A stretch of DNA of 64,000 nt from an uncultured Oscillospiraceae bacterium (GTDB taxonomy: Bacteria; Bacillota; Clostridia; Oscillospirales; Ruminococcaceae), in assembly GCA_964650705.1 (NCBI GenBank), contig CAZYUJ010000008.1, positions 6,762 to 70,761 of the forward strand. The letters are read 5' to 3'. The translations under genes and the position numbers were made by a program. This document shows, piece after piece, positions 37,346 through 45,408 of the stretch. A model generated the notes under the pieces. That model worked only from the letters and a program-made list of their open reading frames with translations. It had not been told where the DNA came from and searched no databases. Each line of letters begins with the position of its first letter. The first letter of the stretch is position 1.

Positions 37346-38116
37346 TTAACCGTTGGTTGCAGCGTTGATGATGGTTGCGAAATCGGGGGCCTTCAAGGAA
37401 GCGCCGCCGATAAGACCGCCGTCAACGTTTGTCTTTGAAAGAAGCTCTGAAGCGTTAGCGGCGTTCATGGAGCCGCCGTACTGAATCGTTACAGCTTCAG
37501 CGGTTTCGGCGCCGTAAAGAGATGCAAGTACGTTTCTGATAAAGAGGCAAGCTTCTTCTGCCTGATCAGCGGTTGCGGTCTTTCCGGTTCCGATCGCCCA
37601 AACGGGTTCATAAGCGATGATGGTCTTCTTAAGATCCTCAGCAGAGATTCCTGCGAAGTCAAGCTTGATCTGCTTAGCCAAAACTTCTTCGGTGATGTTA
37701 GCTTCACGCTCCCACAAAAGCTCGCCAACGCAAACGATGGGCTTGAGTCCTGCTTCGAGAGCGGCTTTTGTGCGAAGGTTAACGGTTTCATCGGTTTCTC
37801 CGAAGTACTGTCTTCTTTCGGAGTGGCCGAGTACAACGTATTCAACGCCCATTTCAGCGAGCATATCAGCGGAAATTTCGCCGGTATATGCGCCCGACTT
37901 TGCGAAGTGGCAGTTCTGTGCGCCAACGCAGATGTTTGTGCCCTTTGTGAGATCCAAAGCTGTTTCAAGGTTTGTGAAGGGTACGCAGATTACAACGCCG
38001 CATCCTGCGTTTTCAGCCAAGGGCTTAAGCTCTTCGATGAGCGCCTTAGCTTCGGGGCGGGTCTTGTTCATTTTCCAGTTGCCGGCGATAACTGCACGGC
38101 GGAGATTCTTGTTCAT
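37346..38116 (-). CDS. tpiA: Triose-phosphate isomerase
   Basis: 256 aa with TIM motifs (AGNWKMN, VVLGHSERR, AYEPVWAIGTGKTA). Confidence 0.97.
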   Translation of the reverse strand: MNKNLRRAVIAGNWKMNKTRPEAKALIEELKPLAENAGCGVVICVPFTNLETALDLTKGTNICVGAQNCHFAKSGAYTGEISADMLAEMGVEYVVLGHSERRQYFGETDETVNLRTKAALEAGLKPIVCVGELLWEREANITEEVLAKQIKLDFAGISAEDLKKTIIAYEPVWAIGTGKTATADQAEEACLFIRNVLASLYGAETAEAVTIQYGGSMNAANASELLSKTNVDGGLIGGASLKAPDFATIINAATNG

Positions 38117-38199
38117 TATAAAACATCCTTTCGAATATCAAAAATGTCCGATTATTCAAAACGGAGCAAATTATGCTCCGTTTGAAAATCGATTATAAA

Positions 38200-39420
38200 T
38201 TACTTGTCAGCGATTACATCGATACCGGGAAGAACCTTACCCTCAAGATATTCAAGGGAAGCACCGCCGCCGGTGGAGATATGAGTCATCTTGTCAGCAA
38301 AGCCGAGGTTGATAACTGCTGCTGCAGAGTCGCCGCCGCCGATAACGGTGGTAGCATCGGTCTCAGCCATTGCTTGAGCAACAGCCAAGGTGCCCTTTGC
38401 GAGAATGGGGTTTTCAAATACGCCCATAGGACCGTTCCAAACAACAGTCTTTGCGTTCTTTACAGCATCGCCGAAGAGTTCGCGAGTCTTTTCGCCGATG
38501 TCAAGGCCCATGTAGTCAGCAGGGATCTGGTTAGAGGGAACTGTTGTAACATCAACGGGAGCATCGATAGGATCGGGGAAGTCCTTTGTGATAACGGTGT
38601 CGATAGGCAAAAGGATCTTCTTGCCCAAAGACTCAGCCTTTGCGAGCATTTCCTTGCAGTAGTCGAGCTTTTCATCGTCAACCAAAGAGGTTCCGATCTC
38701 GTTGCCCATAGCCTTCAAGAAGGTGTATGCCATGCCGCCGCCGATGATAAGTGTGTCGCACTTTTCAACGAGGTTAGAGATAACGTTGAGCTTATCAGCA
38801 ACCTTAGCGCCGCCGAGGATTGCAACGAAGGGTCTGACAGGATCTTCAACAGCATTTCCGAGGTATGCAATTTCCTTCTGCATGAGGTAGCCGACAGCAG
38901 TTTCCTTGACGAACTTGGTAACGCCTGCGGTGGAAGCATGTGCACGGTGAGCAGAACCGAAAGCATCCATTACGAATACTTCGTTGTCAACGAGCTCAGA
39001 AAGCTCCTTTGCAAAATCTTCGCCGTTCTTGGTTTCTTCAGCGCCGCGGAAACGGGTGTTCTCCAAAACTACGATATCGCCTTCAGCCATTTCAGCAACA
39101 GCCTTCTTTGCGTTTTCGCCGACAACGGTGTCATCCTTTGCGAAAACGACCTTTGCGCTTACGAGTTCAGCAAGTCTTGCTGCTGCGGGAGCCAAAGAGA
39201 ACTTGTCTTCGGGACCGTTCTTGGGCTTGCCGAGGTGAGAGCAAAGAACTACCTTAGCGCCGTTTTCAACGAGCTTGTTGATAGTGGGCAAAGCTGCGGT
39301 GATTCTGTTGTCGTTAGTGATCTTGCCTTCCTTGAGGGGTACGTTAAAGTCAACGCGAACGAGGACCTTTTTGCCCTTAACGCTCAAATCTTCAACTGTT
39401 ACCTTGTTTAATCCTGCCAT
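38200..39420 (-). CDS. pgk: Phosphoglycerate kinase
   Basis: 406 aa with PGK motifs ([21 protein letters not shown]). Confidence 0.97.
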   Translation of the reverse strand: MAGLNKVTVEDLSVKGKKVLVRVDFNVPLKEGKITNDNRITAALPTINKLVENGAKVVLCSHLGKPKNGPEDKFSLAPAAARLAELVSAKVVFAKDDTVVGENAKKAVAEMAEGDIVVLENTRFRGAEETKNGEDFAKELSELVDNEVFVMDAFGSAHRAHASTAGVTKFVKETAVGYLMQKEIAYLGNAVEDPVRPFVAILGGAKVADKLNVISNLVEKCDTLIIGGGMAYTFLKAMGNEIGTSLVDDEKLDYCKEMLAKAESLGKKILLPIDTVITKDFPDPIDAPVDVTTVPSNQIPADYMGLDIGEKTRELFGDAVKNAKTVVWNGPMGVFENPILAKGTLAVAQAMAETDATTVIGGGDSAAAVINLGFADKMTHISTGGGASLEYLEGKVLPGIDVIADK

Positions 39421-39583
39421 AAATATATCTTCCTTTCAAAATTAAATACGTTTATGAGGTTGTTTAAATTTTAACAACCATAGTTATTATATAAAATATG
39501 AGCAAAAATAGCAATAGTTTAGCGTGAAAAATTGAGAGAAATTTGCCTGTTTTTTATGATCAAAATTTGATATTTTGCTGAAA

Positions 39584-39665
39584 GTCGGGGCGGCGGTGTG
39601 AGGAGGAGCTGTGCGGCGGCTTGAAAAGGCGGTCGCACAGAAGCTCCGAGCGCGCCGCCGTTGCA
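39584..39665 (+). repeat. GC-rich G-skewed intergenic element, copy R4
   Basis: Abuts the trmL stop codon (39669-39671). Can fold into an extended hairpin: CGGCGGTGTG/CGCGCCGCCG outer stem and GGAGCTGTGCG/CGCAC-AGA-AGCTCC inner stem. Confidence 0.7.
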
Positions 39666-39668
39666 TAG

Positions 39669-40163
39669 CTACCAAGTATACTGAGTTAATTTGCCCTCAC
39701 GGGTGAGATCGGGATAGTCCCACTGACGCAGGATCTCATAAGTCGCAATAGCAACTGAGTTTGAAAGATTGAGGCTTCTTAACTCCGGTCGCATGGGAAG
39801 GCGGACGCAGAACTCAGGATTATCGTGAAGCAAGGATTCAGGCAAGCCTTTGTCCTCTCTTCCGAAAATAATATAGCAGTTGTCCTCATAACTCACGTCG
39901 CTGTGAACGTGCTTGCCCTTGGTAGTGAAGTAATAATACTTCCCTCCCCTTGTCTTTTCAAAGAAATCGGCAAGACTTTCGTAGTATGTGATATCGAGCT
40001 TATCCCAATAATCGAGCCCTGCGCGCTTGAGGTTTTTATCCGTTACGACGAAGCCCATCGGTTTTACGAGATGGAGTCTTGCGCCCGTAACAGCACAGGT
40101 GCGGGAGATGTTTCCTGTATTCTGAGGGATCTGAGGTTCAACAAGAACGATATTTAAATTCAT
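39669..40163 (-). CDS. trmL: tRNA (cytidine/uridine(34)-2'-O)-methyltransferase TrmL (SpoU/TrmH family)
   Basis: 164 aa with YibK/TrmL motifs (LVEPQIPQNTGNISRTC, FGREDKGLP, LNLSNSVAI). Confidence 0.88.
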   Translation of the reverse strand: MNLNIVLVEPQIPQNTGNISRTCAVTGARLHLVKPMGFVVTDKNLKRAGLDYWDKLDITYYESLADFFEKTRGGKYYYFTTKGKHVHSDVSYEDNCYIIFGREDKGLPESLLHDNPEFCVRLPMRPELRSLNLSNSVAIATYEILRQWDYPDLTREGKLTQYTW

Positions 40164-40175
40164 GTATAAACCTCC

Positions 40176-41036
40176 TTAAATAGCGCTGTAATCGGTGTAG
40201 CTTCGGTTATCTGTGAGCATAGGAAGGCACTTTTCGAGCATTACGCCCTCACGGGAAGCAAGACCGTAGCCATAGGTGGTTTTTATGGTATGCTCACAGA
40301 AATCGGTCGCACGGCTCATTGCGATCGGAAGGCTGTCGCCAAGGATAAGTCCGCCGGTCAAAACACTTGCGAAGATATCGCCGGTTCCGGGATAGTGTTT
40401 GGGGATCATATCGTAGCAAACGCGCCAATAGGCATTGTTTCGGCTGTCATATCCGACGTTGCACATTTTTCCGTCCGCCATCGTCACGCTTGTGATCACA
40501 ACAGTTTTCGGGCCCTTTCCCGAAAGGCGGGAGAGCATGCTTTTGATCTCATGAACCGTCAGCGGAGCAACGGGATATGTTTCATTCAAAAGGATGGAAG
40601 CCTCAGTCAGGTTCGGGGTTATGATATCAGCGACGGAAACAAGCTCGGACATTCGGCGGCAAAGCTCATCGGTATAGGTTCGGTATCTTTTGCCGTTGTC
40701 GCCCATAACGGGATCAACGACCTTGAGAGCATCAGGATATGCGTCAAAGAATTCAAGACAATGCGAGACCTGTTCGCTTGAAGCAAGAAAACCCGAATAG
40801 ATACAGTCAAAGTCGACGTTTGCTCGTTTATAGTGCTCAAGAGCTTCCGGGATAAACTCGGTCATGTCCTTCAAGACGACATCTCCGAATCCGTTTGTAT
40901 GGCTGGACAAAATAGCAGTGGGTACAGGGCATACCTGAATGCCCATTACGGACATTGTGGGGAGGATGACGGAAAGTGAGCATCTGCCGACACCTGAGAG
41001 ATCGTGAATTGCGGCGACGCGTTTGAATTCTGTCAT
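40176..41036 (-). CDS. pdxK: Pyridoxal/pyridoxamine kinase
   Basis: 286 aa from the ATG at 41036, of the ribokinase-like PdxK/PdxY type (AIHDLSGVGRCS, DPVMGDNG, GTGDIFASV). The longer ORF-track N-terminus reads through element R5. Confidence 0.82.
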   Translation of the reverse strand: MTEFKRVAAIHDLSGVGRCSLSVILPTMSVMGIQVCPVPTAILSSHTNGFGDVVLKDMTEFIPEALEHYKRANVDFDCIYSGFLASSEQVSHCLEFFDAYPDALKVVDPVMGDNGKRYRTYTDELCRRMSELVSVADIITPNLTEASILLNETYPVAPLTVHEIKSMLSRLSGKGPKTVVITSVTMADGKMCNVGYDSRNNAYWRVCYDMIPKHYPGTGDIFASVLTGGLILGDSLPIAMSRATDFCEHTIKTTYGYGLASREGVMLEKCLPMLTDNRSYTDYSAI

Positions 41037-41075
41037 AAGATCAATTCCTTTCGAAAAAGATGGTTGTTGCATAAG

Positions 41076-41158
41076 AGGTGTTGGGCGAGCAGGTGTGCGG
41101 TGGAGCCGAGCCGCCGCGTTAGCGGCGAGCGAGGAGCACTGTGCGGCGCGAGCGGTTG
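41076..41158 (+). repeat. GC-rich G-skewed intergenic element, copy R5
   Basis: Lies upstream of pdxK. Contains TGGAGCCGAGCCGCCGCGTTAGCGGCGAGCGAGGAGCACTGTGCGGCGCG, near-identical to the R1 core. Confidence 0.7.
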
Positions 41159-41311
41159 ATGAAAGCAACAAACTTTGGTAAACATTTTACCACTTTTCAA
41201 GCAATGAAGCAATTATTTCTTTGATTATTTTTCTGCAATTCGTGCAAAATATCAGTGCAAATACATCTTTGGGCAAAAAGTTGTCGAATTTGCCTATGAA
41301 AGGAAGGAAAA

Positions 41312-41485
41312 ATGATGAATGTATCCTCGCTCGCAAAAGGGTTAGCAGTCGGAATGGTGGTCGGAGCGGCGACATATGCTTTGACAAACGCTACACGATC
41401 TCAAAAGCGCAGCTTCAAATCAAACACCGTCAAGGCGATGAAATCGGTGTCTAAAATGATCGACGGTTTGGGTGCAATGTTTTGA
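41312..41485 (+). CDS. Small hypothetical membrane protein (57 aa), not in the ORF track
   Basis: ATG at 41312 follows AAGGAAGGAAAA. Peptide is MMNVSSLAKGLAVGMVVGAATYALTNATRSQKRSFKSNTVKAMKSVSKMIDGLGAMF (one TM helix plus a basic tail). A hairpin follows. Confidence 0.45.
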   Translation: MMNVSSLAKGLAVGMVVGAATYALTNATRSQKRSFKSNTVKAMKSVSKMIDGLGAMF

Positions 41486-41494
41486 CGATAAAAA

Positions 41495-41517
41495 GCCCGA
41501 CAGGATCTTTGTCGGGC
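41495..41517. terminator. Hairpin terminator between the small ORF and the convergent DUF624 gene
   Basis: GCCCGACA-GGATCTT-TGTCGGGC. The U-tract (TTTTTATCG) is on the minus-strand side. Confidence 0.65.
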
Positions 41518-41524
41518 TTACATA

Positions 41525-42430
41525 TTATTTTATAATTCTTTTCTTTGAGGTTTCGGGAAGCTCCTGTGGGATCTCGGTTTCGGGAGTATCCACGAACACA
41601 GCTTCGTCCTCTGTGTCACGATATGAGAACTCGGGATTGTCCTCTCCTCTTTCATCATAATAAGGCTGGATGACGTATTTTCTGATTATGGGGAAGCAGT
41701 TAAATGCATACATAAGACCCAAGAATGAGGGAACAACAATAAACAAGAAGGAAGTATAGGGCCAGAATACGACCATTGCGAGAACAACAAGCACAGTTAC
41801 GATAAGGTTTGTGAAGCTGCTCTTGATATCAATAGCGGTAAGAAGGAAGGAGTTTTTGATGATCTTCCAAAGTCCGAGATTTGTTGAAACGATGAGCAAA
41901 TAGATATAAAAATGCATCATCAGGAAGATCACAGCACAAACGAGGCAGATGATAAACGGTATATAGAACATATTATTCTGCTCAGCCATGCTGAAATATA
42001 AAGGGAAAGCAAAGGATACTGCGACAACGAAAACGGCATCTATCAATCCCATGATGATTCCTTGTTTAAAGTTTGATCTGAAGGCTTTCCAATAATCATG
42101 CCAAACAAACACGGGACGCTCACTTGATATGTTTCTCAGTATCTTCATAAACCCGCAAAGTGCAGGGCCTATAAACGATGCGAAAACGACAAAAGCGGTA
42201 TAGAATACGATATTGAACGCTGTTCCGCTCAGATTCAGATACTCAATAAAGAAAACGAGGAAGAAAGGCAAAAGCGAAATTATCAAAATGAAATTGAGCA
42301 TTATCAGCTTAGAAAAATGAGAGCCGTAAAGCTCAAAGAATTTGAATATCGGCGCCTTTGCATCGGGGTTTTTGGAGACACCGGGGCCTGCTTTTTCATA
42401 GTTTGAGAAAAGTCCCATAAAATTAAACAT
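41525..42430 (-). CDS. YesL/DUF624-family membrane protein
   Basis: 301 aa with an N-terminus and TM pattern resembling YesL-family proteins and an acidic C-terminal tail. Confidence 0.6.
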   Translation of the reverse strand: MFNFMGLFSNYEKAGPGVSKNPDAKAPIFKFFELYGSHFSKLIMLNFILIISLLPFFLVFFIEYLNLSGTAFNIVFYTAFVVFASFIGPALCGFMKILRNISSERPVFVWHDYWKAFRSNFKQGIIMGLIDAVFVVAVSFAFPLYFSMAEQNNMFYIPFIICLVCAVIFLMMHFYIYLLIVSTNLGLWKIIKNSFLLTAIDIKSSFTNLIVTVLVVLAMVVFWPYTSFLFIVVPSFLGLMYAFNCFPIIRKYVIQPYYDERGEDNPEFSYRDTEDEAVFVDTPETEIPQELPETSKKRIIK

Positions 42431-42449
42431 CCTTTCGAGAAATGATTTA

Positions 42450-43028
42450 TCAGATTGCAGAGAAAAGCCTTATCAAAAGGCAATCCAGTGCACAAATTAT
42501 TGCAAGGATCAAAGAAAGATAGATGAACTTTGCGGTATAGTCAGCGGCTTCGTTTTTAATGCCCAGACGGTTTTCGGTCGTGGTGGAGAGCGCAAAATAG
42601 CACCCGGACAGATGCAACGATTGCTTTGCCTGAGTCAGTATCACAGCTGTTGAAGCGATAGCAAAGGGCAAAAAAGCGGCAATGCTCTTAAGCGGAGAAT
42701 CGCTCAAATATGCCCCTCTGACACAGATGCCCAAGCCCATTCCTCTAAGCGCACAGACGGCTATGGATACAGGCTGAAAAACAGCACCGAAGCCGCACAG
42801 AAACAAAGCGATGATAAAAACCTCAGTCCCGAAAAACGAGGTCAGGCAGGCGCTCAGCCAAGCATCGGAAGCGCAAAGCGAAAGCTTTGTTGACATATCC
42901 CCTATCAGGATCAGCGATTCGTTCGGAATTCCGATGCTTACGGCAACCCCCAAAGCGATCCCCAAAGCAAGCGACGGAAAGACAAGACAGCCCGCGCTGA
43001 ACGGCCTTTTTGTTTTCAGCATTTCCAT
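42450..43028 (-). CDS. Membrane protein, SpoIIM/DUF95-like (tentative)
   Basis: 192 aa from the ATG at 43028 (AAGGAGGAG upstream) with about 5 TM helices. The longer ORF-track N-terminus crosses element R6. Confidence 0.5.
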   Translation of the reverse strand: MEMLKTKRPFSAGCLVFPSLALGIALGVAVSIGIPNESLILIGDMSTKLSLCASDAWLSACLTSFFGTEVFIIALFLCGFGAVFQPVSIAVCALRGMGLGICVRGAYLSDSPLKSIAAFLPFAIASTAVILTQAKQSLHLSGCYFALSTTTENRLGIKNEAADYTAKFIYLSLILAIICALDCLLIRLFSAI

Positions 43029-43091
43029 TTCATCACTCCTCCTTAACGGAGTATATGATGAAGGGACAGGCAATAGAACACATGAGGGAAA

Positions 43092-43185
43092 GTGCCGCAA
43101 AGCAGTGCCGTCCGAGAAGGAGCGAAGCGGCGCGACGAAGTCGCAGTCGGCTCGAGCTTCGAGGGTGGCACGGTCGGTTGCACAC
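43092..43185 (+). repeat. GC-rich G-skewed intergenic element, copy R6
   Basis: Lies between the folT-like stop and the SpoIIM-like start. Has hairpins GCGAC-GAA-GTCGC and CTCGA-GCT-TCGAG, and shares GGTCGGTTGC with R9 and GAAGCGGCG with other copies. Confidence 0.6.
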
Positions 43186-43290
43186 AAAAGTTCAAGATAT
43201 ATTATACATAAATAATTTAATAATAGCAAGTACCAAATGTGGAAGTTGTGTGAAAAAAGACCGACTGAATTTAACAATCGGTCTTAAACG

Positions 43291-44079
43291 TTATTCGGTT
43301 GCTTCCTGTTCAGGTTTATCAATTCCAAGCTGAGAATAGAGGTAATCGATCTCTTCCTGCTGTTGCTTGACGACATCTTTAAGGTCATCGTTTTTATCCT
43401 TAAGATATTGACCCGCAAGGCCCAACGAACACACGATCACAAGCATAAGGCAGATAATCGTCATGAAGGCACGCATGAAGTTTTGATCGCTGAAGGCAAG
43501 GTTCTCATCGACCTTTCGCACACCTTTAAAGGCGATGTCATAAACTTTTAAAATAAACGGAAGGAAAAGTGCAAGCAAGAATATATCAACGGGAAGCTGT
43601 GCCAGATTCTTTATGGCGCGCATGGGCAATAGGGCAAAGAAGCCGCTTCCGTAATAGCTGGCGCTGACGAGTGTTGTGAGGATCAGATTGCAAACTATCA
43701 CAACCGAGGTCTTTGCGACGACGATTCTCGGAAGCATCCATTTATCCCGCATGGCGTTATATAAGAATAAGCCATAGATAAGGGCTCCGAGTGCTTCTAT
43801 GAAAGTGTATCTTATGTCAAAAGCACCCGATGGCTTGATAATAAAGCCTAATATATCGGTTACAAATCCTGCGATAAAACCGACTGTAGGGCCATAGAGC
43901 ATGCCTATCGCAGCGAGTGCGATAAAGGCGAACGATATTTTCAAATTCTGCGTTATATCGATCGAGACAGTCAGCTTAAGTACGAGGTCAAGGGCTATAA
44001 GCATCGCAGTAACCGTCAGGCAGCGAACGCTCTTAAGCTCCTTTGCGGAGCGGACGAACAAATTAAAAAAGCTTTTCAT
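43291..44079 (-). CDS. folT: ECF-transporter S component, folate family (FolT-like) with a C-terminal TM and coiled-coil extension
   Basis: 262 aa from the ATG at 44079 (AAAGGAGGA upstream). The FolT-like core carries a roughly 80-aa extra tail. Lies directly downstream of a THF riboswitch. Confidence 0.75.
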   Translation of the reverse strand: MKSFFNLFVRSAKELKSVRCLTVTAMLIALDLVLKLTVSIDITQNLKISFAFIALAAIGMLYGPTVGFIAGFVTDILGFIIKPSGAFDIRYTFIEALGALIYGLFLYNAMRDKWMLPRIVVAKTSVVIVCNLILTTLVSASYYGSGFFALLPMRAIKNLAQLPVDIFLLALFLPFILKVYDIAFKGVRKVDENLAFSDQNFMRAFMTIICLMLVIVCSLGLAGQYLKDKNDDLKDVVKQQQEEIDYLYSQLGIDKPEQEATE

Positions 44080-44159
44080 AGTGATCCTCCTTTTTCGGGC
44101 ATGATAAGCCTTTTGCTTAATATGCACAAAACCCAAAAAGGAGCTATGAAAAGCTATGC

Positions 44160-44270
44160 ACGTTAAGCGGGATGCGAAAACCGAACCGCAGTACACAAAC
44201 GGTCTTTTCGTTTGGACAGCAACTCCCCGTCTGCCCAACACTCTTTCACGCTCGGTTTTCTACTCTTAGT
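44160..44270 (-). ncRNA. THF (tetrahydrofolate) riboswitch aptamer
   Basis: Minus strand reads UAAGAGUAG-AAAACCGA-GCGUGAAAG...UGGG...ACGAA...GCGGU-UCGGUUUU-CGCAUCCCGCUUA. This matches the conserved THF-I blocks, with compensatory P1/P2 changes relative to the E. siraeum reference as I remember it. Confidence 0.85.
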
Positions 44271-44291
44271 GTTAATGGTTGTGATAATATA

Positions 44292-45254
44292 TCAGATAGC
44301 GAGCTCGCCCAAAAGTGTGTGCAAGCGTTCGTCATATCTCTTCTTCATGCCGAGAGCCTCGACGATATCATAATCGACAAGCTTTCCGTTTTTCATTGCA
44401 ACGACACGGTTTTCGGCGCCGTTTGACAAAAGCTCAACAGCATAATAGCCCATCTTGGTAGCAATGACTCTGTCCCAGCAGGTAGGAGAACCGCCGCGCT
44501 GAACGTGACCCAAAATGGTTGCTCTTGAGGTTACGCCCGTGGTCTTTTCGATCTGCTGCGCGATAGCTTCGGAGTTTCCCACGCCTTCGGCAACGATCAC
44601 GAGGAAGTGCTGTTTCCCGGTTGCTTTCAAGTATGCGATCCTACCGCAGATAGCATTAACGTCACATTCTCTTTCAGGAGTAACGACTTCGATAGCGCCT
44701 GTTGCGGCACCGACACTGACAGCGATGTGTCCTGCGTGTCTGCCCATTACTTCAACAACGGAGCATCTGTTATGAGACATCTCGGTATCCTTGATCTTGT
44801 CGATCATTTCGAGTGCGGTATTCATTGCAGTGTCGTAGCCGATGGTGTAATCAGTACACTGGATATCGTTATCGATGGTAGCGGGAATTCCTATGCACTT
44901 TACGCCGAGCTTGTAAAGATCGAGCGCTCCTCTGAAGGTGCCGTCGCCGCCGATGCAGATAAGGGAATCTATCCCTGCTTCGTCGCAACGCTTCTTTGCG
45001 AGCTTCTGACCTTCTTCGGTGGTGAATTGCTTGCTGCGTGCTGTGAACAAGGCTGTTCCGCCCTTGTGCATGATATCGGAAACATCTCTGGGGCCCATTT
45101 CAAACATATCGCCTTCGATAAGGCCCTGATATCCTCTTCTGATACCGATGACCTTATAGCCTTTTACTAATGCAGATCTTGCGACGGAACGGATTATTGC
45201 GTTCATGCCGGGAGCATCGCCGCCGCTTGTAAGAATACCTATTGTATGGGACAT
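44292..45254 (-). CDS. pfkA: ATP-dependent 6-phosphofructokinase
   Basis: 320 aa with PFK motifs (TSGGDAPGMNA, GGDGT, PATIDND, GHVQRGG). Confidence 0.96.
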   Translation of the reverse strand: MSHTIGILTSGGDAPGMNAIIRSVARSALVKGYKVIGIRRGYQGLIEGDMFEMGPRDVSDIMHKGGTALFTARSKQFTTEEGQKLAKKRCDEAGIDSLICIGGDGTFRGALDLYKLGVKCIGIPATIDNDIQCTDYTIGYDTAMNTALEMIDKIKDTEMSHNRCSVVEVMGRHAGHIAVSVGAATGAIEVVTPERECDVNAICGRIAYLKATGKQHFLVIVAEGVGNSEAIAQQIEKTTGVTSRATILGHVQRGGSPTCWDRVIATKMGYYAVELLSNGAENRVVAMKNGKLVDYDIVEALGMKKRYDERLHTLLGELAI

Positions 45255-45408
45255 AGAAAATCCTCCTAAGAAATATTCAAAACAAAATTTAGCTATAACA
45301 TTGCATAATTATGATAATAACAGAATAGCACAGCGACTTGTTAAAGTCAATAAGAAAGACGTGCCAAAAATAGACACGTCTTTTTTGATACTTTAGTGTA
45401 TTTTTACT

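Noticed and set aside
38173-39411. 412-aa ORF on the plus strand
   Set aside because: It lies entirely antisense to the unmistakable pgk gene. It has a Cys/Val/Leu-rich low-complexity translation, no RBS and no recognisable motifs. It is the typical shadow ORF of a GC3-biased gene.
35756-39420. Glycolytic cluster gpmI-tpiA-pgk lacking gap, eno and cggR as something unusual
   Set aside because: Partial glycolytic operons of this kind are common in Clostridia. Nothing in the sequence itself is anomalous.
41037-41171. N-terminal extensions of ORFs reading through GC-rich elements (pdxK 41037-41171, membrane protein 14517-14630, SpoIIM-like 43029-43277, folT-like 44080-44241)
   Set aside because: The Ala/Arg/Pro-rich extensions have no homology to the respective families. 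Internal ATGs with good SDs give canonical N-termini. The frames are open only because GC-rich DNA lacks stop codons. The folT-like extension instead crosses the THF riboswitch.
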